A DNA stretch of 64,000 bases from positions 64,001 to 128,000 of the forward strand of contig JBHLLP010000002.1 of NCBI GenBank assembly GCA_048885525.1, written 5' to 3'. Positions 48,144 to 56,766 of this stretch are shown piece by piece. Under the pieces are notes generated by a model, which saw only the letters and a program-made list of their open reading frames with translations, did no database searches and was not told the DNA's origin. Made by a program: the position numbers and the translations under genes. This DNA is from Candidatus Hermodarchaeota archaeon (GTDB lineage Archaea; Asgardarchaeota; Lokiarchaeia; Sigyniarchaeales; SOKP01). The stretch's first letter is position 1, and every line of letters begins with the position of its first letter.

Positions 48144-50389
48144 TAACGAAGGTAGATGTTAACGGAACGGAAGTTGATGTGGAAATAACTAACGATGAGT
48201 ATGAAAAAGTAAAAGCTTTATTACAGAGAGATCCAAATATAACTGAATTAGGGATGTTTGATGTAATGTGGAGTGAACATTGCTCTTATAAATCATCACG
48301 ACCAAAATTAAAGATATTCGAGGATGCTGAGGCAAATTATAACTATGTTTTAGCGGGTCCTGGACAAGATGCTGGAGTTATCGATATCGGAGATGGTTAC
48401 GCATTAGCATTTCGAATAGAATCTCATAATCATCCATCTGCAATTGAACCTTATCATGGAGCTGCTACTGGGATTGGAGGTATAATAAGAGATATTCTAT
48501 GCATGGGTGTTCGACCAATAGCACTATTGGATCCATTGAGATTTGGTCGTTTAAAAGATAATCCTCATTCACAATGGTTATTTAAATATGTAGTAAAAGG
48601 TATTGCTGATTATGGTAATTGCACTGGAATACCAACCATTGGTGGAGAAGTTGAATTTGATAATAGTTTTGAGAGTAATTGTTTAGTAAATGTAGCATGT
48701 ATAGGATTAGGAACTATAGATGATTTTAAACATGCACCGAGTAGAGCTTACAATCCTGGTGATTATGTAATTTTAATGGGAGGATCTACAGGAAGAGATG
48801 GTATCCATGGAGTTACATTTGCATCCCGTACTTTAACTGAAATGTCTGAAGCTGATAGACCTGCTGTTCAAATTGGTGATCCATTTACCAAGAAAATGAT
48901 TATTGAAGCAACTTTAGAAGCTATAAAAACAGGATATGTAAGAGGATTAAAGGATCTTGGTGGAGGCGGTTTAACTTGCGCAACTAGTGAATTAACGGGA
49001 GATGGTAATACAGGAGCAAAGGTAGATTTAAGAAAAGTCTTTACAAGAGAACCTGGAATGAATTCTTATGAAATAATGCTTTCTGAGTCACAAGAAAGAA
49101 TGGCTTTCATTGTTAAACCTGAAGGATTAGATACTGTTCTTGACGTATTTAGAAAATATGAAATAAATTTTGCTGTCATAGGGAAAACTGATGATTCGAA
49201 AGTTCTAAAAGTATATAATAATGATAATCTTGTCGTAAATATCCCCTCGAAAGCCCTTTCAGAATCACCAACATTTAAGCGACAAGAGAAGCGACCGTTA
49301 TATCTAGATGAATTACTATCTCAAAAAACACCAGAACCAAATTTAGGATTAGATGAAATTATTTATAAATTAATAGCATCTGAAAATATATGTAGTAAAG
49401 AATGGGTTTATCGACAATACGATCATGAAGTTGGTGTTAGATCTGTTGTAAAATGTGGTGAAGGTGATTCAGGTGTTTTAAGAATAATTGGTACAAATAA
49501 ATTTATTACTGCGAGTGTTGGCGTTAATTCTAAGCATTGCTTTTTAGATCCTTATGAAGGAGTTAAAGGAGGATTAGTTGAAGAATGTGGTAACGTAATA
49601 GCAAACGGAGGAAAACCAATGGCTATGGTAAATTGCTGTAATTTTGGAAATCCTGAAATTCCCGAATCATTTTGGTATTTTTCTCAAGCTGTTGAAGGTA
49701 TGAATGATTTTTGTAGAACTTTAAAAATTCCTATAATAGGAGGAAATGTCTCCTTTTATAATGAAGATGAAGTTAAAAAAAAGGCTATTAAAGCAACTCC
49801 CATGATTATGATCATAGGACTTATCGAAGGTGAAGAAAACATAATTACACTTCCTTTTAAGAATGCAGGGGATTATATATTTCTAATAGGTGAAACTAAA
49901 GCAGATTTAGGTGGTTCAGAGTATCATTCAGTAATTTACAATCTAGAAGGAGGAAATCCCCCTAAAGTTGATGAATCAAAGATAAAATCAACTTGGGATT
50001 TTTTATTCGAGCTCTATAAATACAGATTAGTTAAAGCTAACCACGATGTAAATAAAGGAGGGTTTATAATAACACTAGCTGAAATGTGTTTTATGAATAA
50101 TTTGGGAGTGGATTTAGATCTTACAGACTGTTTTGATGAAAATTTGAAAGATGATGAAATTTTATTCAGTGAATCTAATGGTAGATTTATTATTGAAACA
50201 GATCCAAAAGATAATAAACAAATAATAGATTTAGCTAATAAATTTGGGATTTCTCTTAAAAAAATAGGTGTTATAATACCTCAACCTGAAATTAAAGTAA
50301 AAGGGTTAAAAAATAAAGTTTTTACACTCTCTATTCCAAAATTAAAGGAAAAATTCGATTCCACAATTCCAAATTTAATGGAATTATAA
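48143..50389 (+). CDS. purL: FGAM synthase subunit PurL (start ATA 48143 or GTG 48179)
   Basis: WSEHCSYKS, ESHNHPS, GAATGIGGIIRD, DLGGGG, SESQER, GGNVS; GGAGGT SD at 48130-48135. Confidence 0.96.
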   Translation: MTKVDVNGTEVDVEITNDEYEKVKALLQRDPNITELGMFDVMWSEHCSYKSSRPKLKIFEDAEANYNYVLAGPGQDAGVIDIGDGYALAFRIESHNHPSAIEPYHGAATGIGGIIRDILCMGVRPIALLDPLRFGRLKDNPHSQWLFKYVVKGIADYGNCTGIPTIGGEVEFDNSFESNCLVNVACIGLGTIDDFKHAPSRAYNPGDYVILMGGSTGRDGIHGVTFASRTLTEMSEADRPAVQIGDPFTKKMIIEATLEAIKTGYVRGLKDLGGGGLTCATSELTGDGNTGAKVDLRKVFTREPGMNSYEIMLSESQERMAFIVKPEGLDTVLDVFRKYEINFAVIGKTDDSKVLKVYNNDNLVVNIPSKALSESPTFKRQEKRPLYLDELLSQKTPEPNLGLDEIIYKLIASENICSKEWVYRQYDHEVGVRSVVKCGEGDSGVLRIIGTNKFITASVGVNSKHCFLDPYEGVKGGLVEECGNVIANGGKPMAMVNCCNFGNPEIPESFWYFSQAVEGMNDFCRTLKIPIIGGNVSFYNEDEVKKKAIKATPMIMIIGLIEGEENIITLPFKNAGDYIFLIGETKADLGGSEYHSVIYNLEGGNPPKVDESKIKSTWDFLFELYKYRLVKANHDVNKGGFIITLAEMCFMNNLGVDLDLTDCFDENLKDDEILFSESNGRFIIETDPKDNKQIIDLANKFGISLKKIGVIIPQPEIKVKGLKNKVFTLSIPKLKEKFDSTIPNLMEL

Positions 50390-50597
50390 TATTTCAATTT
50401 TGAATATTTATAAATAATAAGATTAAAAAATATTATGTAATATTTTTCAATTAAAAATTAATATTCCCCATTTTAGAACTTTTTTAATTTAAAAACATAA
50501 ATTTGAAATATTTGCATACTTTTATAGATCATGGAGAATTACATACGTATAAATTATTTTATAGATATCATAAATAAATTATATACTAAATATAACT

Positions 50598-50798
50598 ATG
50601 AGAGCTCGTGCATGTATTAAATGTAGAGAATATGTAGTAATTCACCCTAGTAATCCTGTTAATCAATTAGATATAAAAAAGTTTGAGAAAAAGCATTTAG
50701 GTCATACGATAGTGACTGTTGACCTTAGTGAAATAAAGGGGATTTATTCTACTTTTAAAGACCATGGAGCTGAAAACCCCTCTCAAGAAGCTAGTTAA
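50598..50798 (+). CDS. Small putative zinc-binding protein (CxxC...HxxH)
   Basis: ACIKC...FEKKHLGH. Confidence 0.75.
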   Translation: MRARACIKCREYVVIHPSNPVNQLDIKKFEKKHLGHTIVTVDLSEIKGIYSTFKDHGAENPSQEAS

Positions 50799-51001
50799 TT
50801 GTTACTATATCATTTAATAAATTTAAAGCTAGATCTTTTAAAAATCAATTTATATCTTTGTCTTAAGGCTTTTTTATGACATAATCCAAGCTTTTTATGT
50901 TGTTTCAAAGAACACCCAATTATAATCATAAATATATTTATATATTTGTAACTTATTTACCTAATAAGATATTCAACTTAATTAATCTGAATTACAAGGA
51001 T

Positions 51002-51610
51002 ATGGACGAATTTCAACTAGAAAGAATACAAAAAAGAATTAGTATAGAAAGATTATATAAAACAAATTTTAAAAAGACTTTATTAGAGGAAGAAATTCTG
51101 CAATTTTCTAAACATAAAGAAGATACAAAAAGGGAAAAAAAAGATTTAATTGAGAATTTAGATTTCTTGAAGAGATTATTGAAACTAATTAATTCTGGGG
51201 CTACGGGATTTGATTTAGCGTACGAAGTAGAAAAGAATAAAGAGATGAAGTATTTAATTTATGATGGAATTCTATTTTATAATACATTTCTAGAAATTGG
51301 ATCCAAGAGATTTATAGATGCTCCCGATAAAAAGAAAGAAGACTTTAAATCCTTTAAAACTATTGAAGACACTGAAAAATATATTTTTATGATATGGCTA
51401 AAAGATACCATTGAATCTATTGAAAAAGAAATAAAGCCTAAAGAGAATTATGCCAAATATGTAGAAAAAAGAGAACAGGAAGAGCTTTTAAAAAAAAGAA
51501 AGAAAATTCTTAAAAAACTTACTCACTGTAAAAATTGCGGAGAGAGAATACAGAGTTTAGATCAAGAGTATTGTGAAAAATGTGGTGTAAAACTTTTAGA
51601 AAATTACTGA
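51002..51610 (+). CDS. Hypothetical helical protein with a C-terminal zinc ribbon
   Basis: CKNCG...CEKCG; MDEFQ start preferred because the upstream extension is promoter-like AT-rich sequence. Confidence 0.7.
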   Translation: MDEFQLERIQKRISIERLYKTNFKKTLLEEEILQFSKHKEDTKREKKDLIENLDFLKRLLKLINSGATGFDLAYEVEKNKEMKYLIYDGILFYNTFLEIGSKRFIDAPDKKKEDFKSFKTIEDTEKYIFMIWLKDTIESIEKEIKPKENYAKYVEKREQEELLKKRKKILKKLTHCKNCGERIQSLDQEYCEKCGVKLLENY

Positions 51611-51671
51611 ATTAAAAAACTTTTTTAATAAAAGACAGATTAAAACAAAAAAGAAAAAGAAATTTATATTT

Positions 51672-53162
51672 TTATTTTTCTACTTTAGTACCGCACCATT
51701 TACAGAATTGCTCTGTTCCGGTAAGTTTACTTCCGCATAAAGAACAGTTTTTTGCCTCAGCGGGAGTAGTTATAGAAGGAGTACCAATTACTCTTCCTTC
51801 TATTTTACCTCCACAATTAGGGCAAAATTTAGAATCTGGTTTTAATGATGCTTTACATCGTTTACATTTAAGAATTTTTTCTGGAGCTTCCTCGGTTTTG
51901 ACTTTATAGGGTGAAGGTTCAGTTGTGGATTTTTCTGGTGTTTGAAGTTTCAGTTTTTTCTGTCCTCTTCTTGCTATTACTGCTGCTAATAATATAATAA
52001 TAACGACTACAAGAACTATAATTAAGATCCATTGAACATCTAGCCATCTATCTCTTGAAGTTAACCCAGTATTATATGTTACATCGAAAGTAATAGTAGT
52101 AGATTCCTCGGGCGAAAGCATAGGATCAAAATAAATAAAGAAATACCAGTTCCCAGGAGAAGGTATAGTATAAGAACCTGATATGGGCAAGCCTGGTTGT
52201 ACAACTTGATTATATATTCCAGTAAGATCTATTACACCTGTAGCAGTATAATTGATTGTAAAATCGACAATAACAGATGAAACTCCTTTATTATACCATA
52301 CGATATAATAATCTTGAGAAACACTAACATAATAAGAACCACTACTTTCAGTAACATTTGTTTCACTAATTAAAAATAATGGCGAACCACCTGCATCCCA
52401 ATCATAGAAATCGTAAACATCAGCAATAAAGAAATCTATTTGATCACTCGCATTAAATTCATATTGAATTGATGAACTCGATCTTAAATACCACCATTCA
52501 GCCCAATATCCTTCATTACCCGGAATAATTTTTGAATCTACAACATCGCTTTCTATTGTAGTTGTAGGAAGATTTTCAAAGGGATTATTCCAAATAATAA
52601 AAGTTAAATCACTTGACAAAGATTGAACAGAATAGTCTATGCTTCCACTTTCAACATATTCATATTCATACCAAAATTCATTGAAATATAGAGTTTCAGT
52701 AGATCGGTAATTTACATAGCCATTTAAATCAGCATCGCTAAAGGGAAACCAAAAAGCTACACCTGCAATTGGTAGTATTATGAGAGCGAGGATTATGATA
52801 AAAATTATACCTCCACCAACGTATACTGGACTATAGTACCATGGCCTATACCAATGTCCCGCCCAATAAGGTGAATACCACCATCTCCAATACCAAGGAC
52901 GATGATACCACCAATAAGGCCTATAATATCTGTGATGTGGTCTGTAATATCGATGTGTATAGGGTCCACTTGGAGATCGTGATGTTATTCTTGTTGCACC
53001 TGTTCTTCCAAATGGTATTCCACCCCTAGATCCACCTCCTCTGTATCCTCCACCAAATCCACCTCCACGGAAGCCTCCACCAAATCCACCTCCACGAAAT
53101 CCTCCACCGCGAAATCCTCCGCCTCCTCCACCACGAGATCCTCCGCCTCCTCCACGTGGCAT
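51672..53162 (-). CDS. Two-TM membrane protein: RGG-repeat N-terminus, extracellular beta-sandwich region, C-terminal tandem zinc ribbons
   Basis: (F/Y/S)RGGG repeats, Y/W/R/H/P-rich segment, two TM helices, CKRC..CPNC and CSLC..CKWC. Confidence 0.82.
   Translation of the reverse strand: MPRGGGGGSRGGGGGGFRGGGFRGGGFGGGFRGGGFGGGYRGGGSRGGIPFGRTGATRITSRSPSGPYTHRYYRPHHRYYRPYWWYHRPWYWRWWYSPYWAGHWYRPWYYSPVYVGGGIIFIIILALIILPIAGVAFWFPFSDADLNGYVNYRSTETLYFNEFWYEYEYVESGSIDYSVQSLSSDLTFIIWNNPFENLPTTTIESDVVDSKIIPGNEGYWAEWWYLRSSSSIQYEFNASDQIDFFIADVYDFYDWDAGGSPLFLISETNVTESSGSYYVSVSQDYYIVWYNKGVSSVIVDFTINYTATGVIDLTGIYNQVVQPGLPISGSYTIPSPGNWYFFIYFDPMLSPEESTTITFDVTYNTGLTSRDRWLDVQWILIIVLVVVIIILLAAVIARRGQKKLKLQTPEKSTTEPSPYKVKTEEAPEKILKCKRCKASLKPDSKFCPNCGGKIEGRVIGTPSITTPAEAKNCSLCGSKLTGTEQFCKWCGTKVEK
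53028..53157 (-). repeat. Coding low-complexity repeat encoding the RGG/GAR box
   Basis: Repeated cctccacc/cctccgcc units on the + strand. Confidence 0.85.
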
Positions 53163-53164
53163 TC

Positions 53165-54163
53165 TTAATCTGACACCTCACTTGTTTTAACTTCAGAGCT
53201 TTCTACTCCTCGGAAAATGTAATCTCTATTGATTGCTAATATCAAAAGAATCATTGATATTATTGACATTGTTAGCCCTACAGCATCTATCCCTATTAAT
53301 GGTGATGGGCTTGTAGTAGCGAAAGCAATTCCTAATAGTATCCATTCAAAAGCCATAAAGAATACTGCTAATCCAGGTATAACGGTCCTAATTTTCCATC
53401 CAGTTTCTAAATTTCTTGTATCAGAAAAACTTGTATAGATGATTGAGAACAAGCCAATAATACTAGAAAACAGCATTAAAATACTAAAAATTTCGATTAC
53501 AATCCATATTGGGTCTCGTAAATTGTAAAAAGGAATCAAAATCCCAGGACCTCTTACGTCAAATAATGTAAAAAATAATGTTGGATCTCCCACTGAAGCA
53601 ACCCCTAGTAGACTCTCAAGATTACTATGTTTTCCAACAAAAAAACCAAAAATTCCACTTAATGGGAGAATTACTCCAAGAGTGAATCCAATAATTGCAC
53701 AAACACTAGCGAACCAGAATTCAACAACTTTTGTATTTTTTACAGGGATAAGTCCAATTTCATCAACTGTTCTATCTGGAATATAACTCCAGCAATCCTG
53801 GATTGTAGCTACTCCTATAAGTTTTTCATTTTCTACTACTGGTACAACATTTACATTTAGATCACGCATTCGAGTGAACGCTTCAGTGACAGGACTATCC
53901 AGTGTTACTGGAGAGATTTTATACATTGCAGATATCACCTTTGCAGTTTTAGCATCTGTTCCTTCTGCAACTACATTTTGCACAATATCAAAATCAGCTA
54001 TAACACCAATGACTTTTTGTTTTTCTCCTTTAACAACAACTAAATCTGGAACTCCTAATTCTTTCATTTTTCTTGCAGCTTCTTGAATCGTTGCATCTGA
54101 GTCAATTATTCCATATTCATCATTGATTACTAAATCTCGTACAAAATATTCTCTTAAAGACAT
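53165..54163 (-). CDS. CBS-domain pair fused to a four-TM membrane domain
   Basis: TIQEAARKM, VIGVIADFDI, VPVVENEKLIGVAT, C-terminal hydrophobic helices. Confidence 0.85.
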   Translation of the reverse strand: MSLREYFVRDLVINDEYGIIDSDATIQEAARKMKELGVPDLVVVKGEKQKVIGVIADFDIVQNVVAEGTDAKTAKVISAMYKISPVTLDSPVTEAFTRMRDLNVNVVPVVENEKLIGVATIQDCWSYIPDRTVDEIGLIPVKNTKVVEFWFASVCAIIGFTLGVILPLSGIFGFFVGKHSNLESLLGVASVGDPTLFFTLFDVRGPGILIPFYNLRDPIWIVIEIFSILMLFSSIIGLFSIIYTSFSDTRNLETGWKIRTVIPGLAVFFMAFEWILLGIAFATTSPSPLIGIDAVGLTMSIISMILLILAINRDYIFRGVESSEVKTSEVSD

Positions 54164-54364
54164 TGATTATACATCCTTTTTTTAATTAAATTATTTTTTT
54201 ATGAATTATCAAAAGAATGGAATATATAAATCTTTTTATTCACATATAATTCTCTATTATAAACTAGAAAACTAGGAATTGGTCTCTTTATGTTTAATAT
54301 TATGTAATTGATAAGTTTAATAATCTAATAATAAGCGAACTTACATTATATAAACTTTCAATAA

Positions 54365-55156
54365 CTAAAATAATTCTATTATAGAGCTAAAGGAATTTAA
54401 GATTAAATAAGGTTTAATTTTTACATTATTTGGTTCAAAATTTTGACCTTTTCCTGTTTTTACTAAAATTGCTTTAATACCTGTGTTGATAGCTCCTTGA
54501 ATATCGGATTCAAGGTCATCACCTACCACAATAACTTCACCTGGAGTAAGGTCTAGTTTCTTTAAAGCTTGTAGAAAGTATTGTTTTGAGGGCTTTCCAA
54601 ATATTTTAGGTGTAGTATTAGCAGCATATGCAATCATTTGTATAAAAGATCCAGTATCTAGAACCGGTTCACCATTGCGATCAAGATAATATCTATTACC
54701 TTGTGTTCCAAGAAGTTGAGCACCTTTAAGTAAATATTTAAACGCAATATTTAGACGATTCACATCCCAATTATCATGAAAATCACCTAAAACTACAAAA
54801 TCCGGTATTTCAGAATCTTTCACTTGGGGGATTTCTTTAAATTCTTCTTCAACTTCTGCAGTTGTGATAAAATAAGACTTTTTCTCTGGAAACTTAGATA
54901 AGAATTCTTTTAAAGCTATAATTGGTGTAAAAACTTCGTCTTTATTAATAAAGAATCCATATTCCTGTAATGTATTTAACACCGTTGTAGGCGATTTACT
55001 ATCAGTATTAGTGAAAAAAAGAAATTTTAAGCCCATTTCACGAAGTTTTAAAATTGTTTCAATAGCCCCTGGAATCGGAATCCCTTTAAAATAAAGTGTT
55101 CCGTCTATATCAGTTAAGATTCCTTTAACTCCATTAAAAGGCTTTTTTTTACTCAT
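54365..55156 (-). CDS. HAD-superfamily subfamily IIA hydrolase (LHPP/NagD-like)
   Basis: DIDGTL, FTN, GKPS, VGDDLESDI, VKTGK; ATG at 55156 preferred. Confidence 0.92.
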   Translation of the reverse strand: MSKKKPFNGVKGILTDIDGTLYFKGIPIPGAIETILKLREMGLKFLFFTNTDSKSPTTVLNTLQEYGFFINKDEVFTPIIALKEFLSKFPEKKSYFITTAEVEEEFKEIPQVKDSEIPDFVVLGDFHDNWDVNRLNIAFKYLLKGAQLLGTQGNRYYLDRNGEPVLDTGSFIQMIAYAANTTPKIFGKPSKQYFLQALKKLDLTPGEVIVVGDDLESDIQGAINTGIKAILVKTGKGQNFEPNNVKIKPYLILNSFSSIIELF

Positions 55157-55379
55157 TATTATTATAAAACCCAATGCTATTTTAAATAATTATTTAAATA
55201 GAACCGGTATATGATCGTGAAAACTTCATTTCACGTTTTTTCATATATTTCTAAATACTATCTTAATAATATTAATAAAAAGTTTTGATTTAAGAATCTA
55301 AAAAGTTAATCAGGATTATACAATCATGTAAATAATTCAGTAATAAAAGTTAAATGGTTAATGGTGAATATATTTAAGC

Positions 55380-56639
55380 ATGAAAATTAGCAAAAGGGTT
55401 ATTATAGCTTTAATTACAGTATTTGGAGTTGCTGGTGCTAGTATTAGTACTTATTTTATTGTTATTTACATTGGTTCTACTGGTAATGGTTCCAATGGTA
55501 ATGGTTCTGAAGAAAAATCTATTGATGTAAAGATTCAAGAGCTTATGGCAGAATATGAAATTCCATCATTAGCAGCAGCTATTGTTATCAATAATAGCAT
55601 AGCGTGGGCTAATGGTTTTGGCGACCAATCAGCTCTAGATACAGTGTATATGATTGGTTCAATTACAAAAACATTTACTGCAACTGCACTACTTCAACTT
55701 AAAGAGAATAATCTTCTTAATTTAGATGATGATATTAATGATTATATTCCCTTTAATGTAAAACACCCAAATTACTCAAGTACGCCAATAACACCACGCA
55801 TGCTTTTAACACATAAAGCTGGCTTACCAACAAACCTCTATTGGTCACTTGAGTATTACTTTGATAACCAGACAATTGATTGGATAAATAATAATTTAGG
55901 ATGGGATATCATTAAATGGGCACATCGCCCAACTTTAGAGGAGTTCTTAAATGGTAGCTTAAATCCTTCTGGCTCCTATTATAATGATTATAATTGGCAA
56001 ACACAACCAGGAACAGAATTTCAATACTCTAATGCAGGTTTTCAATTATTAGGGTATTTGGTTGAAGAAATTACAAATCAATCTTTAGAGATGTACATTC
56101 AAGAAAATATTTTTGATCCATTAAATATGACTGAAAGCGGTTATTTCTATGCAGATTTTGTAGGAAAGCATGCTATTCCATATGAATGGCGATTAGGTAA
56201 CAATTTCGAATTACCTTTATACAATATCAATGTTACGGGAGCAGGATCGATAAGAAGCAATGTTTTGGACATGGCAAAATATATGAACGCTTTTATGAAC
56301 GAAGGGGAGGCGAATGGAACTCAGATACTAAGTCCTGCTAGTGTTAACTTAATGCATTCTATCCAACACCCACTTACTGGTACTACAGTAGAAGGTTTTA
56401 CATTTGAAGGTTATGGACTAGGGTGGAACATCTATGAAAGTAATTTTGTAGGGCATGGTGGAGCAACCCCTGGTTTCAGTTCTAATATGTTTCTTAAAAT
56501 TACTAACAATGGTTCTTTTGGTGTTATTTTGATGTTTAATCGTGGTTCCGCCCTTTTATATGATAGCCTTCTAATTACAGATTTTATACCCCAAATTAAC
56601 AATTTACTTTTAGAAGAAGCAGAAAATTTGTTCTACTAA
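55380..56639 (+). CDS. Membrane-anchored serine hydrolase (beta-lactamase/AmpC family)
   Basis: N-terminal TM, SITK (SxxK), LLTHKAG, YSN, GHGG; many N-x-S/T sequons. Confidence 0.9.
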   Translation: MKISKRVIIALITVFGVAGASISTYFIVIYIGSTGNGSNGNGSEEKSIDVKIQELMAEYEIPSLAAAIVINNSIAWANGFGDQSALDTVYMIGSITKTFTATALLQLKENNLLNLDDDINDYIPFNVKHPNYSSTPITPRMLLTHKAGLPTNLYWSLEYYFDNQTIDWINNNLGWDIIKWAHRPTLEEFLNGSLNPSGSYYNDYNWQTQPGTEFQYSNAGFQLLGYLVEEITNQSLEMYIQENIFDPLNMTESGYFYADFVGKHAIPYEWRLGNNFELPLYNINVTGAGSIRSNVLDMAKYMNAFMNEGEANGTQILSPASVNLMHSIQHPLTGTTVEGFTFEGYGLGWNIYESNFVGHGGATPGFSSNMFLKITNNGSFGVILMFNRGSALLYDSLLITDFIPQINNLLLEEAENLFY

Positions 56640-56766
56640 GTTCCTGTGATTAAAAAAAATGTGCTTTAAAGATAAAAGCAATTTTATTGAATTATTTTAT
56701 AAATAAATTTTCTATGAATCGAGGTAATGTGAATGAGATTAAATTATAAGAAATGAATATCTATCA

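Noticed and set aside
55380-56639. Antibiotic-resistance beta-lactamase
   Set aside because: SxxK/YxN/HxG motifs are shared by many esterases and peptidases of this fold; nothing indicates beta-lactam specificity or mobility
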